A stretch of DNA of 64,000 bases from contig OX597824.1 in assembly GCA_951406725.2 (NCBI GenBank), positions 66,402,001 to 66,466,000 of the forward strand. Direction: 5' to 3'. Position 1 is the stretch's first letter. The number at the start of each line of letters is the position of its first letter. This DNA is from Octopus vulgaris. Lineage: Eukaryota. The notes beneath the pieces are model-generated. The model was not told the origin of the DNA. It was given only the letters and a program-made list of their open reading frames with translations, and ran no database searches. This document shows positions 39,785 to 53,588 of this stretch, one piece after another. Made by a program: the position numbers and the translations under genes.

Positions 39785-40943
39785 TTAGGTCGTCAAGTAT
39801 GAAATTTGTAGAAAAGAAAAAAAGTTTGTTAATGTATTATGAATACAAGGAATAGTCTTATTCATCAAAGTATGCACCCATATTGTCAATACACTTTTGC
39901 CATTTCAGTGGTAGCTCGTCCAGCCTGGAACTGTAAAAGCCTGGCAATCTAGAGTCAATAAAATTTTGGAAGGCCTGTTTTACAGCATCATCAGAATTAA
40001 TTTTTTTTCTAATCAAAAAGTTATCCAAATTCTGGAAGAAGTGGTAGTCAGTGGGGGAAAGATCAGGTGAGTATGGTGGATGATGGAGAACTTCCAACTC
40101 CTGCTCCTGTAGTTTCACCAATGTCATTTTTGCAATGTGTGGTCTGGTGTTGTCTTGCAATAAAATAGGAGTGGATCTGTTGACTAATGTAGGCTGTTTT
40201 TTGTAAGTTTCTGCATCATTTGGTCCAGTGAGCTGCACTATACTTCAGCTGTGATTGATGAGCCACGTTTAATGAAATTATAATGGACCACACTGGTGCA
40301 AGACCACCAAACACACACCACCAGCTTCTTTTGATGAATTTTGCTTTTTGGACTGTGTTTTGGTGGCTCATCTTTGTTCAAGAATTGTGCTGAACATTTA
40401 CAGTTGTTGTATTGGATCCATTTTTCATCATATATTACAATTCGATTCAAAAATGATTCATTTTAGTGATGAGAAAGTAGCATAATGCAGGCTTCCAAAC
40501 GTTGCTGTTTCTGATTTTCATTGAGTTCATGTGAAGCCCACTCATCCAACTTTTTCACTTTACCGATTTGAACTAGGAGAGACAATATTGTTTGCTTGCT
40601 AACACCAAACAACAATTATAATTCACAGGCACTTTGAGATGTGAGGTCAAAGTTACCAGAATGAAATTTTGCAAACCAATTTGATACTCCATTAATGTTC
40701 TGAGCAGTCTGTGATGTATTTCCAAGAAAGAACTCATATTTCAAAACTGTACAAATTTCTGACTTACCCATCTCTTAACAAAAATAGCAAAAAACGATTT
40801 ATAAATACTTTATAAAGTGCAAAATGAGTTAGAATAAAGAAATAGATGTATCAGCTTTCTAACAAAAAATAAAGATTGTCAAAATGAGCAGCTGTCAAAG
40901 TTTACCATATACCTTACTACAAATTTGATACTTGATGACCTAA
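39785..40943 (-). mobile_element. Near-full-length decayed mariner element
   Basis: 27-bp TIRs TTAGGTCRTCAAGTATSAAATTTGTAG at 39785-39811 and 40917-40943; YDEKWIQY, QDNTRPH and HPPYSPDLSPTDYH motifs. Confidence 0.92.
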
Positions 40944-41398
40944 TATATATATATATGATGATGATGATATATATATATATATACTCTTTTCCTAATTTAC
41001 TTGTTTCAGTCATTTGACTGCACCCATGTTGGAGCACTGCCTTTAGTCGAGCAAATTGACCCCAGGACTCATTCTTTGTAAGCCTAGTACTTATTCTATT
41101 GGTCTCTTTTGCTGAACCACTAAGTTATTGGGATGTAAACACACCACCATCGGTTGTCAAGCGATGTTGGGGGGACAGACACAGACACACAAACATATAC
41201 ATATATACGATGGGCTTCTTTCAGTTTCCATCTACCAAATCCACTCACAAGGCTTTGGTCAGCCCGAGGCTATAGTAGAAGACATTTGCCTAAGGTGCCA
41301 CACAGTGGGACTGAACCCGGAACCATTTGGTCGGTAAGCAAGCTACTTACCGCACAGCCACTTCTGCAACAAAATAAGCAACAGGATATCCAGAGGTA

Positions 41399-41486
41399 AT
41401 GCAGTACGATAGTTTCAAGTAACTCCATTTAATTGAACAATGCAACCATTAGATCAATTTAAATGCAGAGCAATCCTCAGCTGCAT
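41399..41486 (-). ncRNA. Type I hammerhead ribozyme motif, core intact
   Basis: ATGCAG-CTGAGGA-[long stem II]-GAAAC-TATC-GTA-CTGCAT: 6-bp stem I, GUA cleavage triplet, predicted cut between 41405 and 41404. The base of stem II is imperfect. Confidence 0.7.
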
Positions 41487-41959
41487 AAATACATAGAAAT
41501 AAATTAAATTAAAACAGATGGACACATTAATATAATTTTACCTAAAACCTCCAAATTAAAACTGCATAATTTTACCTAAAACTTCCAAATTAAAACTGAC
41601 CTCAAAAAACAGTGACAAGCTAGATCTCTAACAAGTCTTTCTTCCTTATACCTTAGTAGCTTCTAAACTGAAGTGAACACATCATGTTCATTGTCTATCT
41701 CCTTACCTTCTTGGAGGTTTTAGGTAAAATTATACTACTGTGTCCATCTGTTTTATTTATGCAGCTGAGGATTGCTCTGCATTTAAATTGATGTAATGGT
41801 TGCATTGTTCAATTAAATGGAGTTGCTTGACATGATTGTAATGTATTACCTCTGGATATCCTGTTGCTTATTTTGTTTTTAATCGACTTATTTTGAAACT
41901 GCATGGATAATACTTTACTAAATTATGGTGCCTCAACTTAAGTACCTAATTCATCTGAA

Positions 41960-42983
<1,024 letters not shown>

Positions 42984-44179
42984 TATATTCATATTCATAA
43001 GACTATATCTTTTAAATTAGATTTCCACAGTTCAGTTATCATGTTGAATGCAATAATGGCAGAGCAAAATTAAACTTTTAGATACACACACACATGCGTG
43101 CATGCACACTCTCTCTCTCTCTCTCATACACACACATATGTATGTACATTAAGAAACTCATTTAAGTTTATGGATCTGATTCAGCTAATCCATTATTTAC
43201 TTGGACACTGTTTACATCTCTGAAATGCATTATCACTTCTCACCCATTCGACCTTAACCACCTAACACATAACCCCTGACCTCTATTCCTTGAACTGACC
43301 TCCAGCAACATACTGCCTGGCACTAATTTCCTTTCTGCCACTTTGATGTTAATTAACAGGAAAGCAGTAATTCCATTATTCCGAGACCAAAGCAGGTGGT
43401 AGGATAGTGAGGTAGGTGGGGCAATATGGTGATAGACAAATGTGAAAATTAGAATGTGCCTATCAGGGTGGAAGGGTAGTGGAAGGGTTGAGGGTAGAAG
43501 CTAGGATTGGATATGAGAGTAGGAATAAGGGTGGGGGATGAATCATTTAATTTCCCAGAACTGGATGTGACTGGAACAGAATTTGACATTTACAGAATTA
43601 ACCCACATATCTCTAATGTCTGTCAGAATGTCTGCCCACTTGTCTGTCTGACTGACCAGTTTTCTTTCCTCCCTTCCTCTCTCCCTCCTTCCTTCTCTCT
43701 CTCTCTCTCTCTCTCTCTTGTCATTCCTTCATTCACCTACATTTCCTATAGTTCCTTACCCTTTCTTTCTCTTTCACACCACCTCCACATTTGGCCTCAA
43801 TACATTCTCTATCTCACTCACTCAAAATATATATATATATGTGGGCTTCTTTCAGTTTCCATCTACCAAATTCACTCGCAAGGCTGTGTTTGGCCCGAGA
43901 CTACAGTAGAAGACACTTGCCCAATGTGCCTCGCAGTTGGGCTGAACCCAGAACCATGTGGATAGGAAGCAAGCTTCTTACCACACAACCACGCCTGTGC
44001 CTATATATATATATATACAAAACTATTTACTCTCTAACTCTTTTACTAGTTTCAGCTCAAGAGCAGCAGCTATGCTGGGGCATCGCTGTTGGCTTCGCTA
44101 TATCTTCACTGCTTGAAACCTCCTCTGATATGTGGCATTTGAAGAATGAGGGAGTTTGATGCTGCTGGTCTCATCTGCT

Positions 44180-44227
<48 letters not shown>

Positions 44228-44446
44228 CACACCATGTGTGTGTATGTCATGTCCTAAAAACTGGATTACTTGTTTATTGGACTAAGGTGTAGTTGGCAGG
44301 GTATTTCTGAGGCTTAAGTAGCCATAATACAATTCTCAGACAGCACCAGTGCAACACATTATATAATGAGGTTGGGCTTTTGAATTACAGGTATAGTCCA
44401 GTTGAATGACTTTCACACAAATTCTGTGAAATATTGTACAAAGTAC

Positions 44447-44554
44447 CTCTTACTTGATCAGATCTGATTGAATAAAAGATGTTTGTATAATATTGCACAC
44501 TGTGGGATCGTGCTTGAAAGCTCAAGATTGTGAAACTTAATTCCTTTGTTATAT
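44447..44554 (-). CDS. Candidate 108-nt phase 1-1 exon (D)ITKELSFTILSFQARSHSVQYYTNIFYSIRSDQVR
   Basis: Open unique sequence between AATGCAG (weak pyrimidine tract) and AG|GTACTT. An alternative GTAAGA donor would end the exon at 44454. Confidence 0.25.
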
Positions 44555-45357
44555 CTGCATTTTTACATGTATACACACATGTATGCATACACACATATGT
44601 ACATACGTACATACATACATACATACATACATACATACACACACACATACAGAAAACTATAAAATAGGTGAAGGTGATGAGATATCATGCCCTGTAAGTG
44701 GCAGCTCACATGCTATCAGTGACATAGTATAGTATCTCTGGATGAACCACTTAACATTTAACTCACCACCACCTAGTATCAGTAGCTATTGCAGAGCAGA
44801 ATAGGCTATCCTTGAAAAAACAGTGACAGCATGTAAACTAAATTGGTGTTTCCTTAGCTTACCTCTAGTGGGTATTTTGGATCCTTCTGTGGTGGTGGCA
44901 CTAGGACTGTGGCCTAGGTGTCAAGGGGTGGCTGCTCAAAAACGTTTGGTATCCGTTAACAGTTAACAGATGCAGCGAAGCTAAAATCGGTGGCGGAAGT
45001 GTGTTGGAATTACACCCCACCGTTCACCCGCCAATCTTCTGACTCATTCAATTTGATGTCGTGCAACAGGGAAGGAGCCGGCTGGGGCAGATGAAATCTC
45101 TTGGTGCATAACATACACCCTCACACAGAGACATTCATGCTGGATGAGGTCCTCTTTCTTAGTGAGTTCAGCAAACCTTTGATTCAGTGGCTAAAGTGTG
45201 TAGGACTTATTCCAGCCGTTTACCTGCAAATCTTTCGATTCATTCATTTTGATGTTGTGCGACAGGGAAGAGATCGACTCAGGCAGAGGAAATCATTTTG
45301 GCGCATAACACACAGACACACACACACTCATGCTAGCTGAGGCCCTGTTCGTTAGCG

Positions 45358-45614
45358 CAGTGGCTCCCACAGTGGACGGTATCCCTCCCCCCCCCCCCCG
45401 GCCGGTGAAAAAATTTCCAAGGCGTTGAAGAAAAGTGGGGCGATAATGGGGTCACGATTCATGTAAAAACAACAAAATAACGTTGCAAAAAACAATTGCT
45501 TCGAATTTGCTTCAGAAAGTGGTCTATCTATGTGATGGTTTGTTGGGTTGGGAGCACTAGGAACGTGGCCTGGGTGTCAAGGGGCGGTAGCCCGGAAAAG
45601 TTTGGGAACCATTG
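45358..45614. mobile_element. hAT MITE, with a partial older copy at about 44890-44957
   Basis: CAGTGGCTCCCACA...TTTGGGAACCATTG termini. Confidence 0.7.
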
Positions 45615-47522
45615 GATTAGATTAATAAATAGGTACGGATATGGTCATGTAGTTATAAAGTTCGTTTTGTAGTCTCCGGTTTATGAAACAAACATTTTAA
45701 CCAAATGACAGGCTTGTGAGTAAAAGCTAACAGACAAAAACTGAACCAGATGTACATAAGACGTGTATAGATTCAAGCTTTTGTCCCACTACACTGAAGT
45801 CAACTTTACTTTTTCTCTTTTTGGATAAAATATTTCAGACAACGTTGTGGGCTGATTGTCTACAAAACCTTGAAAATGGTTTACCAACATGGTTGCAGTC
45901 CTGAAACAAGAAGTAGTATATGTGTGTTGTTATTTTGTGCGTTTACGCTTGCGCAACTACAGTTGCAAAATGTTCGTGTGAGCTGCCATTTTTGTTGTTA
46001 TCGTTATTGCTGTTTATGTCCATGTGAGGTCTGAGAGAGTATAACTATGATTAAAAGCATTGCAGTCATGACTACTCAGTCCTTTTGGTAGTATGCAAGA
46101 CTGCAATATTAAATGCGTCTTTTCTTAGTCAAGACGATAAGTTGTAATCTGGAAGAGATTTAGCAACTATTTCTAAGAATTCGAGCGAACGCGCAGTGAC
46201 TTTCTTGGGACTATCACTTTCATACCCTCTTAGAAAGATCCATTTAATCTGTATAACTTTGAGCAGAAACAATCCTCAAAAGACTGTAGCAAACTCTAGT
46301 GAACTTCCTCTCTCTATTATATATAAACATACAAACGTTGCAGGTAACAGCTAACATTTGGACGCTGTTTTGGACCTCGTCGTGTCTACCACTCTGATTG
46401 GTTGGTATTAGTGTAATTTGTCTCTTACTCTATCGCGCGCCAATATACAACCTAATCAATTGCAGCCTCCAAATAAATCACATGAGACAGTCTGTTCTAA
46501 ACTCCATTTGAGACTACTGTTACCTATAAAAACTCACCTCCTCCTAGTCATGGGGTCTGTTGGTTTCATACCTTCTAAAGTCTAACCACTGACCACATTA
46601 CAGTGACCTCCATCTTCGTCGCCACAATCATGTCTTTCACCAACGTCGTCAACAACGTCTCTACACAGCACCGACAACACTGCACAGGTTCTAACATATC
46701 GCTGTTCGTGAGCTTCCTCACCAGGGTAAACAGCAAACATACAATCCACGAAGATGCATGTAGATATATGAATAAATGTCCATCAACCACTTCCATTTAT
46801 CATTCGACTTGTGTATACACATGTGTGGCCGGCATTAAAGACATTTAAAGTTACCACCTTGTTCCGTGTATTTCTTTATACCATGTACCTGTCAATTGAT
46901 AGTACAGCCTTCTTAGTAGAGTCACATTAGATGGTTCCACAACCTATCCTTCTATAAGACCATCTCTGCAAACCAATTTAAATTCTTTGATGGGGGTCAA
47001 CAAAAGCGACTTTTTGGTGGGTGGGGACCTTTCACTTCCTACATTTCTACGGTCGAAAATTATGTTTAACAATAATTTATTACCACGAGAGCTGCAGCTT
47101 GTATTCATTGGAGACATGTTTCAACACCATTTGGTGACGAACGTTCAAGACATGTGCGAAATGTCTGCCGAAGATAGAGAGACACTCCTGTACCCACTGC
47201 ATTAACTACTGACACCCGTATTTTTATAAAAATACTTTTAGCATATCTTGTGTCATTTAACGCCATACTTCTCTCTAGCTTTATCAAAGGACATCATAGT
47301 GGCATTTAAACAAGCCGTTACAGAAGACAAGCTGTCAAAGTATTTCTTGAGTTCAGCTATCATTTGCTCTGAATCTACCTCAACCATGATGAGAAGGCAT
47401 TTGACTCATTCAAGGCCTTGAGTAATGACAGTGTTTCTTCTGATGAAGATCTCTGAGTAGTGCTCTATCCAATTCACTATCTGTATCTGTCAGTTATTGC
47501 AATTCTACACGAGAAATTGTGG

Positions 47523-47765
47523 AATAATAGTCTTAATGGTAAAAATTTCAATTCCTTGGATGGCGTAAAAAGATACCTTGATGAATTCTTTGCCATGAAA
47601 CCACCTCAATTCTGAGAAGAGGGTATTTTCAAGTTAAAGGAAATATGGAGACGCATTGTGCACCAAAATGGTTCATATTTGGTTGATTGAAAATGTAATG
47701 GCAAGTATTTATGGACCTTTTTCTTTCCTTTAAAAATCGGCACGAACTTTCCGGACAACCCAATA
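47523..47765 (+). mobile_element. Mariner 3' end with TIR
   Basis: NNSLNGKNFNSLDGVKRYLDEFFAMKPPQF*EEGIFKLKEIWRRIVHQNGSYLVD*; ends CCGGACAACCCAATA. Confidence 0.85.
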
Positions 47766-48044
47766 CATTGCTGACCGCATTCACTGAAAAGCCAGCGACA
47801 TCAGCGAACAAACGAAAGTTCGTGAGTTCGTATATCATGTGTAGAAAAGCAATTTATCGTTTAATCTGCAAGAAAAAAGGACCTTTTTGTTTTCAATTTA
47901 CAGTTTTAAGATAGTAATCTAACTCACGAACTTCACTGCATAATTTTTGCTGATGCATATCACCATCGCTTTCCTTGGATTGTGTTCTTTTCTTAAAAGA
48001 AAGTTATCAAGAACAGTATTTTGCAACTCATAGTATAAGTAGCC

Positions 48045-48310
48045 ACTCTGAAGAAAAACGTTTATCAGGTGTGTGCACACCGAAGAAAAAGGGCTACACC
48101 TTTTTGCAAGGGGAAAATCTCAATTGCATCGGATTTATAATTAACAACTTCTCGCTGAAAAATGATCAAACTAGAAGACAACAGATCTGAACACAACTTA
48201 TTCGCTGTATCTATACCTCTGAAGGTCCAGTCAGATTTATCAGTGTAAATGTTACTATCTTATCTGTCATGTCTGAAGTGAAGGATGAATTCTATCAATC
48301 CTTGACGCCA
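48045..48310 (+). mobile_element. RTE LINE AP-endonuclease fragment
   Basis: RLSGVCTPKKKGYTFL...IGFII...TSEGPVRFISV...SEVKDEFYQSL resembles the RTE APE domain. Confidence 0.65.
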
Positions 48311-48689
48311 TTCCTTAAAATGTTTGGGTCACTTTGGAATTGTCAAGATCTTGTAGTGAGACTAATTTTATAATTGCATGATTAGACTTAAGTACTCGGA
48401 AATTGGCTCCAGGCGTGGGTCTCCAATGATTAGTCAAGTGACCAGTTATGTAATGCTGAAATACTTTGTGGAGTTTGCTGAAATATTTTGTCGATTTGGA
48501 TTGGTCTAGTTTTACGCGGGATACGAAGAGTATATCCAATCGCATTGCACAATAGACCACCAGACGCGACAAATTTAGAATGTTGGTTTGAGCCAGTTTT
48601 TGTTATTAAATAGCATGAGGTTTTTCATTTTCACCAGTGAGAGCAAGGAGAGGTTGTTTTCAGGAAGCCACGTCACATTATTTTTGTTC

Positions 48690-48925
48690 CTGTTCAAGGA
48701 TGTGTAACCAAGTTTGACTGAGCTGAAGAGCCAACTATGGATGATTTTCTACAGTTCAAATTTTCTTCGTGATGTATTATCTGGTTCGTAGTATAATTTT
48801 ATTTAGCTTGTTAATCAAAAGCTGACTTTTGGTATTATTTCCATAATTTTATATACAAAGCAAGAATTTGTATTAAAAGGGCCAGAGAACAACCTTCCAG
48901 CTAAATTTGGTGACCCCGACGTGAT
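48690..48925 (+). mobile_element. Probable LTR followed by a perfect tRNA-Trp primer-binding site
   Basis: TGGTGACCCCGACGTGAT (48908-48925) is the 18-nt complement of the tRNA-Trp 3' end including CCA. The LTR boundaries are approximate. Confidence 0.65.
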
Positions 48926-49269
48926 ATTACATAGTATCTTCGCAACATATCATTCACCAGCTAAAATCTCATAAGAATTAATTGTAGAATTTCTATTTAA
49001 AAACTGCGTCAAATAATACACATTGTTCAAAAAGGTTACCTATTAAATTACATGTGAAAGCGTGTGGCTTAGTAACCAGGAGTCTTCAGCTCATGATTGT
49101 AGGGTCATGAGATCGATACCTGGCGAGACATTGTGTCTTTGAGCAAGACACTTTATTTCATGTTGTTCCAGTACACTCAGCTGGCAAAAACGAATACTAC
49201 CTGTATTTCAAAGGATCAGCCTACTCACATTCTGTGTTTCAGTGTATCTCCCTGAGAATTACGTTAAGA

Positions 49270-49303
49270 GAACCTGGGTTCTCGTTCCTAAGGTATTTTT
49301 CGA

Positions 49304-49345
<42 letters not shown>

Positions 49346-49600
49346 CATTATTATTAATGTAAATAATAATATTATTATTACTATTATTGTTCAGGTGTCT
49401 TGGGGAATAATAATGATAATGATGATGATAACATCGAAAAATACCTTAAGAATGAGAACTCAGGTTCGAAATTTCCCCAAGATACCTGAAGAAGGCTGGA
49501 GGGTATATCAGCCGAAACGTGTTAACAACAAACGAGATGAGGACAAATATCCGTTGATTGTAAATAATGCACATAGTTCCTCATCTCTTAAATATAAAAC
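49270..49600. mobile_element. Penelope-type pseudo-LTR pieces in inverted arrangement around (ATT)n
   Basis: 49272-49305 and 49391-49407 are reverse complements of 49433-49466 and 49473-49489; hammerhead-like motif at 49481-49523. Confidence 0.7.
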
Positions 49601-51522
49601 TATATGTGAGACCCTACTGTGTTTCAAAGAACCAACAACGGAGCCTCGACGTGGTAGCTATTTGTTGATTAGCTTCTGGTCTGGCGTAATCCATGAACAC
49701 TCTGTCTTTTGTATATCTAGGACTATTTTGCCCATTGTTTCATTTCATTTTAAACACAGTCGGTATGGTGTGATTTGAGGAAAGATTGACAACTTTTGTA
49801 GGACTTAAGTGTAGAAGCTCCCTTGTTCGCTCAACTTACTAGAAATAGAAATCAGCTCTCCCTCGAATTACACCCTAGCAGCTAAAACATTATGGTGAAC
49901 AAGATCAATCTCATCTATCTTGGAGGATTGTGAAGGCCATGAGTACAGTCCTTTCTCCAAGACCAAATCACTAAAAGAAATGAAGTTCTAGATACAGGAT
50001 GTTTGAAAAAAGAAAGAAAAAACTCAAAGGTAGATTAATTTTGATCATAGGTCCGTTCATCCGCTCATCCAGTGATGACCCAGGGTTTAAAAAAGCAACA
50101 GAAGAATACGAGAAAGTTAGTGACAATTTTCACCTGCAAATAGTAATAAAAAAAAAAAAAGAAAATCGCAAAGTGTGATAGTTTCACTTCCTTCCGTCGA
50201 AGGGCTCTCTCTGAAACGGTAGGCTTCTCTTCCTCACGGTAACAATCTATTTTATTTACTTTGAGAACTTTTGTATGGAAGTCAAACATAGACAATGTAT
50301 ACAAGGTGAGCAGAAATGAACACTTTCACACGCCCTGTCTTCATTGGGTCTTCTACACTTTCTGGTGAGATAAAGTATAAGGCACTGATGTCTTCTCCAT
50401 AACAAACCACCACAAAGTACATGCTACTCAGTCATCATAAGCTACTCATACTTGGTTATATCCGACAAATCCATAAAGGCGTGATTTAAATTGAACATAT
50501 ATATCAGACAAGAAGACTAATGGCTGTTCTTAGTTGTGCTATAAGAATGTTTGTTAGCACGACGGTAACACTTGGTGGATGTTGGCAATGATTACAACAG
50601 ATAGTATTACTTTAAACAGCATCTAGTAATGGGGCCTTGGTTAGGGAGTTTCAAGGTTTTGATGAATGTGGGACCAACTCTTAGCTACTATTGATCCCAG
50701 GTCTACTCTGACTAGGAATAGCAGCCTCTGTCAGGGTCCCAGCTAGGGATTAAATAGCATGTAGCCACTCGATCCAGGGTACGCAGAAATAATGAGATGC
50801 AGCATGGTGTATGTGAACTACTTCAGCAGATGAACTTTTTGAATCAATGACGAATATCATTAGAGCGAATGAACAGACAACGGACTGTCAACGGCCAGGA
50901 TCAACCATTTCAGTTAGCAAACTCATAATATCAACAGTAGTCTCATGATGTAAAGCAGATGAGATATTTCAGCTAGCGAAAGACCAATGTATCTAAAGCA
51001 GATATTGATGCTACATCACTCGATCAGGAGATCTAGTGTGGAAGTGTTGCATTCATCCTGGCAAGTCGTCCGACCGGATGATGATGAAGACAACAATAGC
51101 GAAATTATTTTTATTTAACCTAATGTTAATCCTCCTCCAACACTCTTTTGATCAAAAATGTTCCAACTGTGACCACCATCTCTTTTACAGACAGAGTATC
51201 TAAAACGACACTATTCAATATGTCGTCCCGTTTTTTAAAGACTATTTGGTGTGATTTGAAGGAGATTTGACTGCTACTTCTTGTATGTCGAACGTCACGC
51301 AGAGAAGCTTTCATTGCAATATTTGGTATGGTTGTTTTTTAGAGGGCGAAGTTTTCTCTAGCAGTAGTTCGGAACTAAGTAGGACAGATTCAGGGAAGTC
51401 TGGAAAGCTACCCGTCTCATAACCTAACGTGCATTCAATACTATAGCGACCATTATTTTGCAGTGACCAACCAATCATATTCGACGTTATTTTAGGCAAC
51501 ACAGCCCATTATAGAACATACA

Positions 51523-52176
51523 TTGTAACTCCGAGTTTCATGATAGAGTGATTTACACAACTATCAGACAAATTACCTTAACCAGTACATGTGAATATTG
51601 ATGCATGCTAGAAAGGAAACGTTATAAGGCACAACACTTACGAAATTTGAGAAATACGAAAATAGTAGTGGATAATGGGTGGGAGAAAAAGAAAATATCT
51701 TATATGTTATTGAATAAGACTATCTACAACAAGACAATCACTTGCTACATCAAAGCACTAAAATCTAGTGGACTCAGACACAATTTTTTACACTCCAAAC
51801 CTCCACAATCCCAAATTAAGAAGGGACGCTATTGGATCCTTTGATTTATATCTCCTTTTTCGTTAAAGTTAAATTCTATATTGCTAAGAGTACTTTAGCC
51901 ATGATTGATTAGCATTACCCTGTTAACCATAAATACACAAAATTATTAATAGGAACAATCTTAAACTCAGTAGATGTACTATCAATATAAAGAATCTAAT
52001 AGCTTATAAATCTTCGAAATTAACTGACGTTAACTGTTCATGCAGAAAACTAATACATGCCCACTTAATTAGCCATATGATGCTGAAGCGGAAGCCATCT
52101 TCATTGCACTAAGCATTGATATGGTTCATAAACACTACATGAGTATGACAAAATAAATTTAAACAATGATACTTTA

Positions 52177-52255
<79 letters not shown>

Positions 52256-53092
52256 CTGACATGAAGAAAGCAATCTAACAGTAATTGATGAATTACATTT
52301 CACGCCTGAAAGAGTACACTACTAATTTCAATCCTCTATAAGGCCATATTAAGAACGAGAATAAAAGATACGATATATATATATATTCAAAGATGTGATG
52401 TATGAAAAGAGCCTAATACTTAAAAAACGTAATCATGCTGCTAATTACCTGAACACAAGATATGAGATGTTTACAAAATGCCGCCACTTTGGCAAGCATT
52501 TACCAAGAAAACTGGAATTCGTAGTCATTATCTGACTAAATGGTACTAAACTAAATATACACACATTTTTCAATTTATGCCTTTTTCTTTCTACATAACT
52601 AAACGAATTTTTACCATTCTGATTTAATATCCGTGAATCTTCTATATGCACTGGATCTAATAACGTCAACATATATGGTATGTGTGTAATATATATATAC
52701 GTATGCGGGCATATATACTTTATTACTTAATATTACTGAAATAATTTCAACTTTACTGGATCCCTATACCATTCCTGAACTCAATTCACGTTTGTTAGTC
52801 TATATTTTTTTCTCTTCTTTTATTTGTACTCCTCTTCTTTTCCCCCTTTATTTTCTCTTCTTTTTTTTTACAACCCTCATGTTTAACCGCTACTATTTTC
52901 ATATCTTTCAATTTTTCTACCCAAGGATAAACAACCCATGTTATAAGTTCTGCCCCTTATAACACTTTCTTCTCAGCACACCTGAAGGGATGCTTTGTAT
53001 ATCATGAATATTTCAAGATATGTTAGTTAAGCCAATTATTTGTCTGATGTTGCTTAATGAATTATCTAATAAGGCACGAAACTCAGTTACAA
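51523..53092 (+). mobile_element. Decayed Penelope-like element bounded by inverted hammerhead-bearing ends
   Basis: Remnants ID*HYPVNHKY/KIINRNNLKLS.CTINIKNLI (about 51880-52010) and EKSLILK...LNTRYEMFTKCRH (about 52390-52500) match PLE ORF motifs; degenerate hammerheads at both ends. Confidence 0.7.
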
Positions 53093-53237
53093 TTATATAT
53101 AAATATTGAACTGTATTACACACGCGCGCGCACACATGCACCGAATATTCTATTTTTGTTCCTGCAGTCAACATGCATGTATGTATGAAGTATGTATGTA
53201 TGTATGTATGTATGATGTATGTATGTATGTATGTATG

Positions 53238-53268
<31 letters not shown>

Positions 53269-53548
53269 GTTTGTATGTGTGCGTGCGTGTTATGTATAAG
53301 TTTATACATGCATACTCAGACACAAGATACTTCAATAAAACAAAACTTAATACCTTCTCCTACTTTTGTAAATATCTAAATTTACAGAACTATCCAATTC
53401 ATATGATCGAGAATTTGTCTCACTTTTCCAGAATTACGTAGCGTTGTATTGAAAAAAAAAGTGTTGGACATTAAAATATAATACCATCGTTTCAATCAGA
53501 TACATTTTCTTTGATTTAAATGCGCGCGTGTATGTATGTATGTATGTA

Positions 53549-53588
<40 letters not shown>

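Noticed and set aside
46380-47460. Unique-looking block with DFLVGGDLSLP and CCAAT/E2F-like motifs
   Set aside because: Weakly resembles a decayed CR1/L2 endonuclease (GDFNLP); too degenerate to call as either gene or TE.
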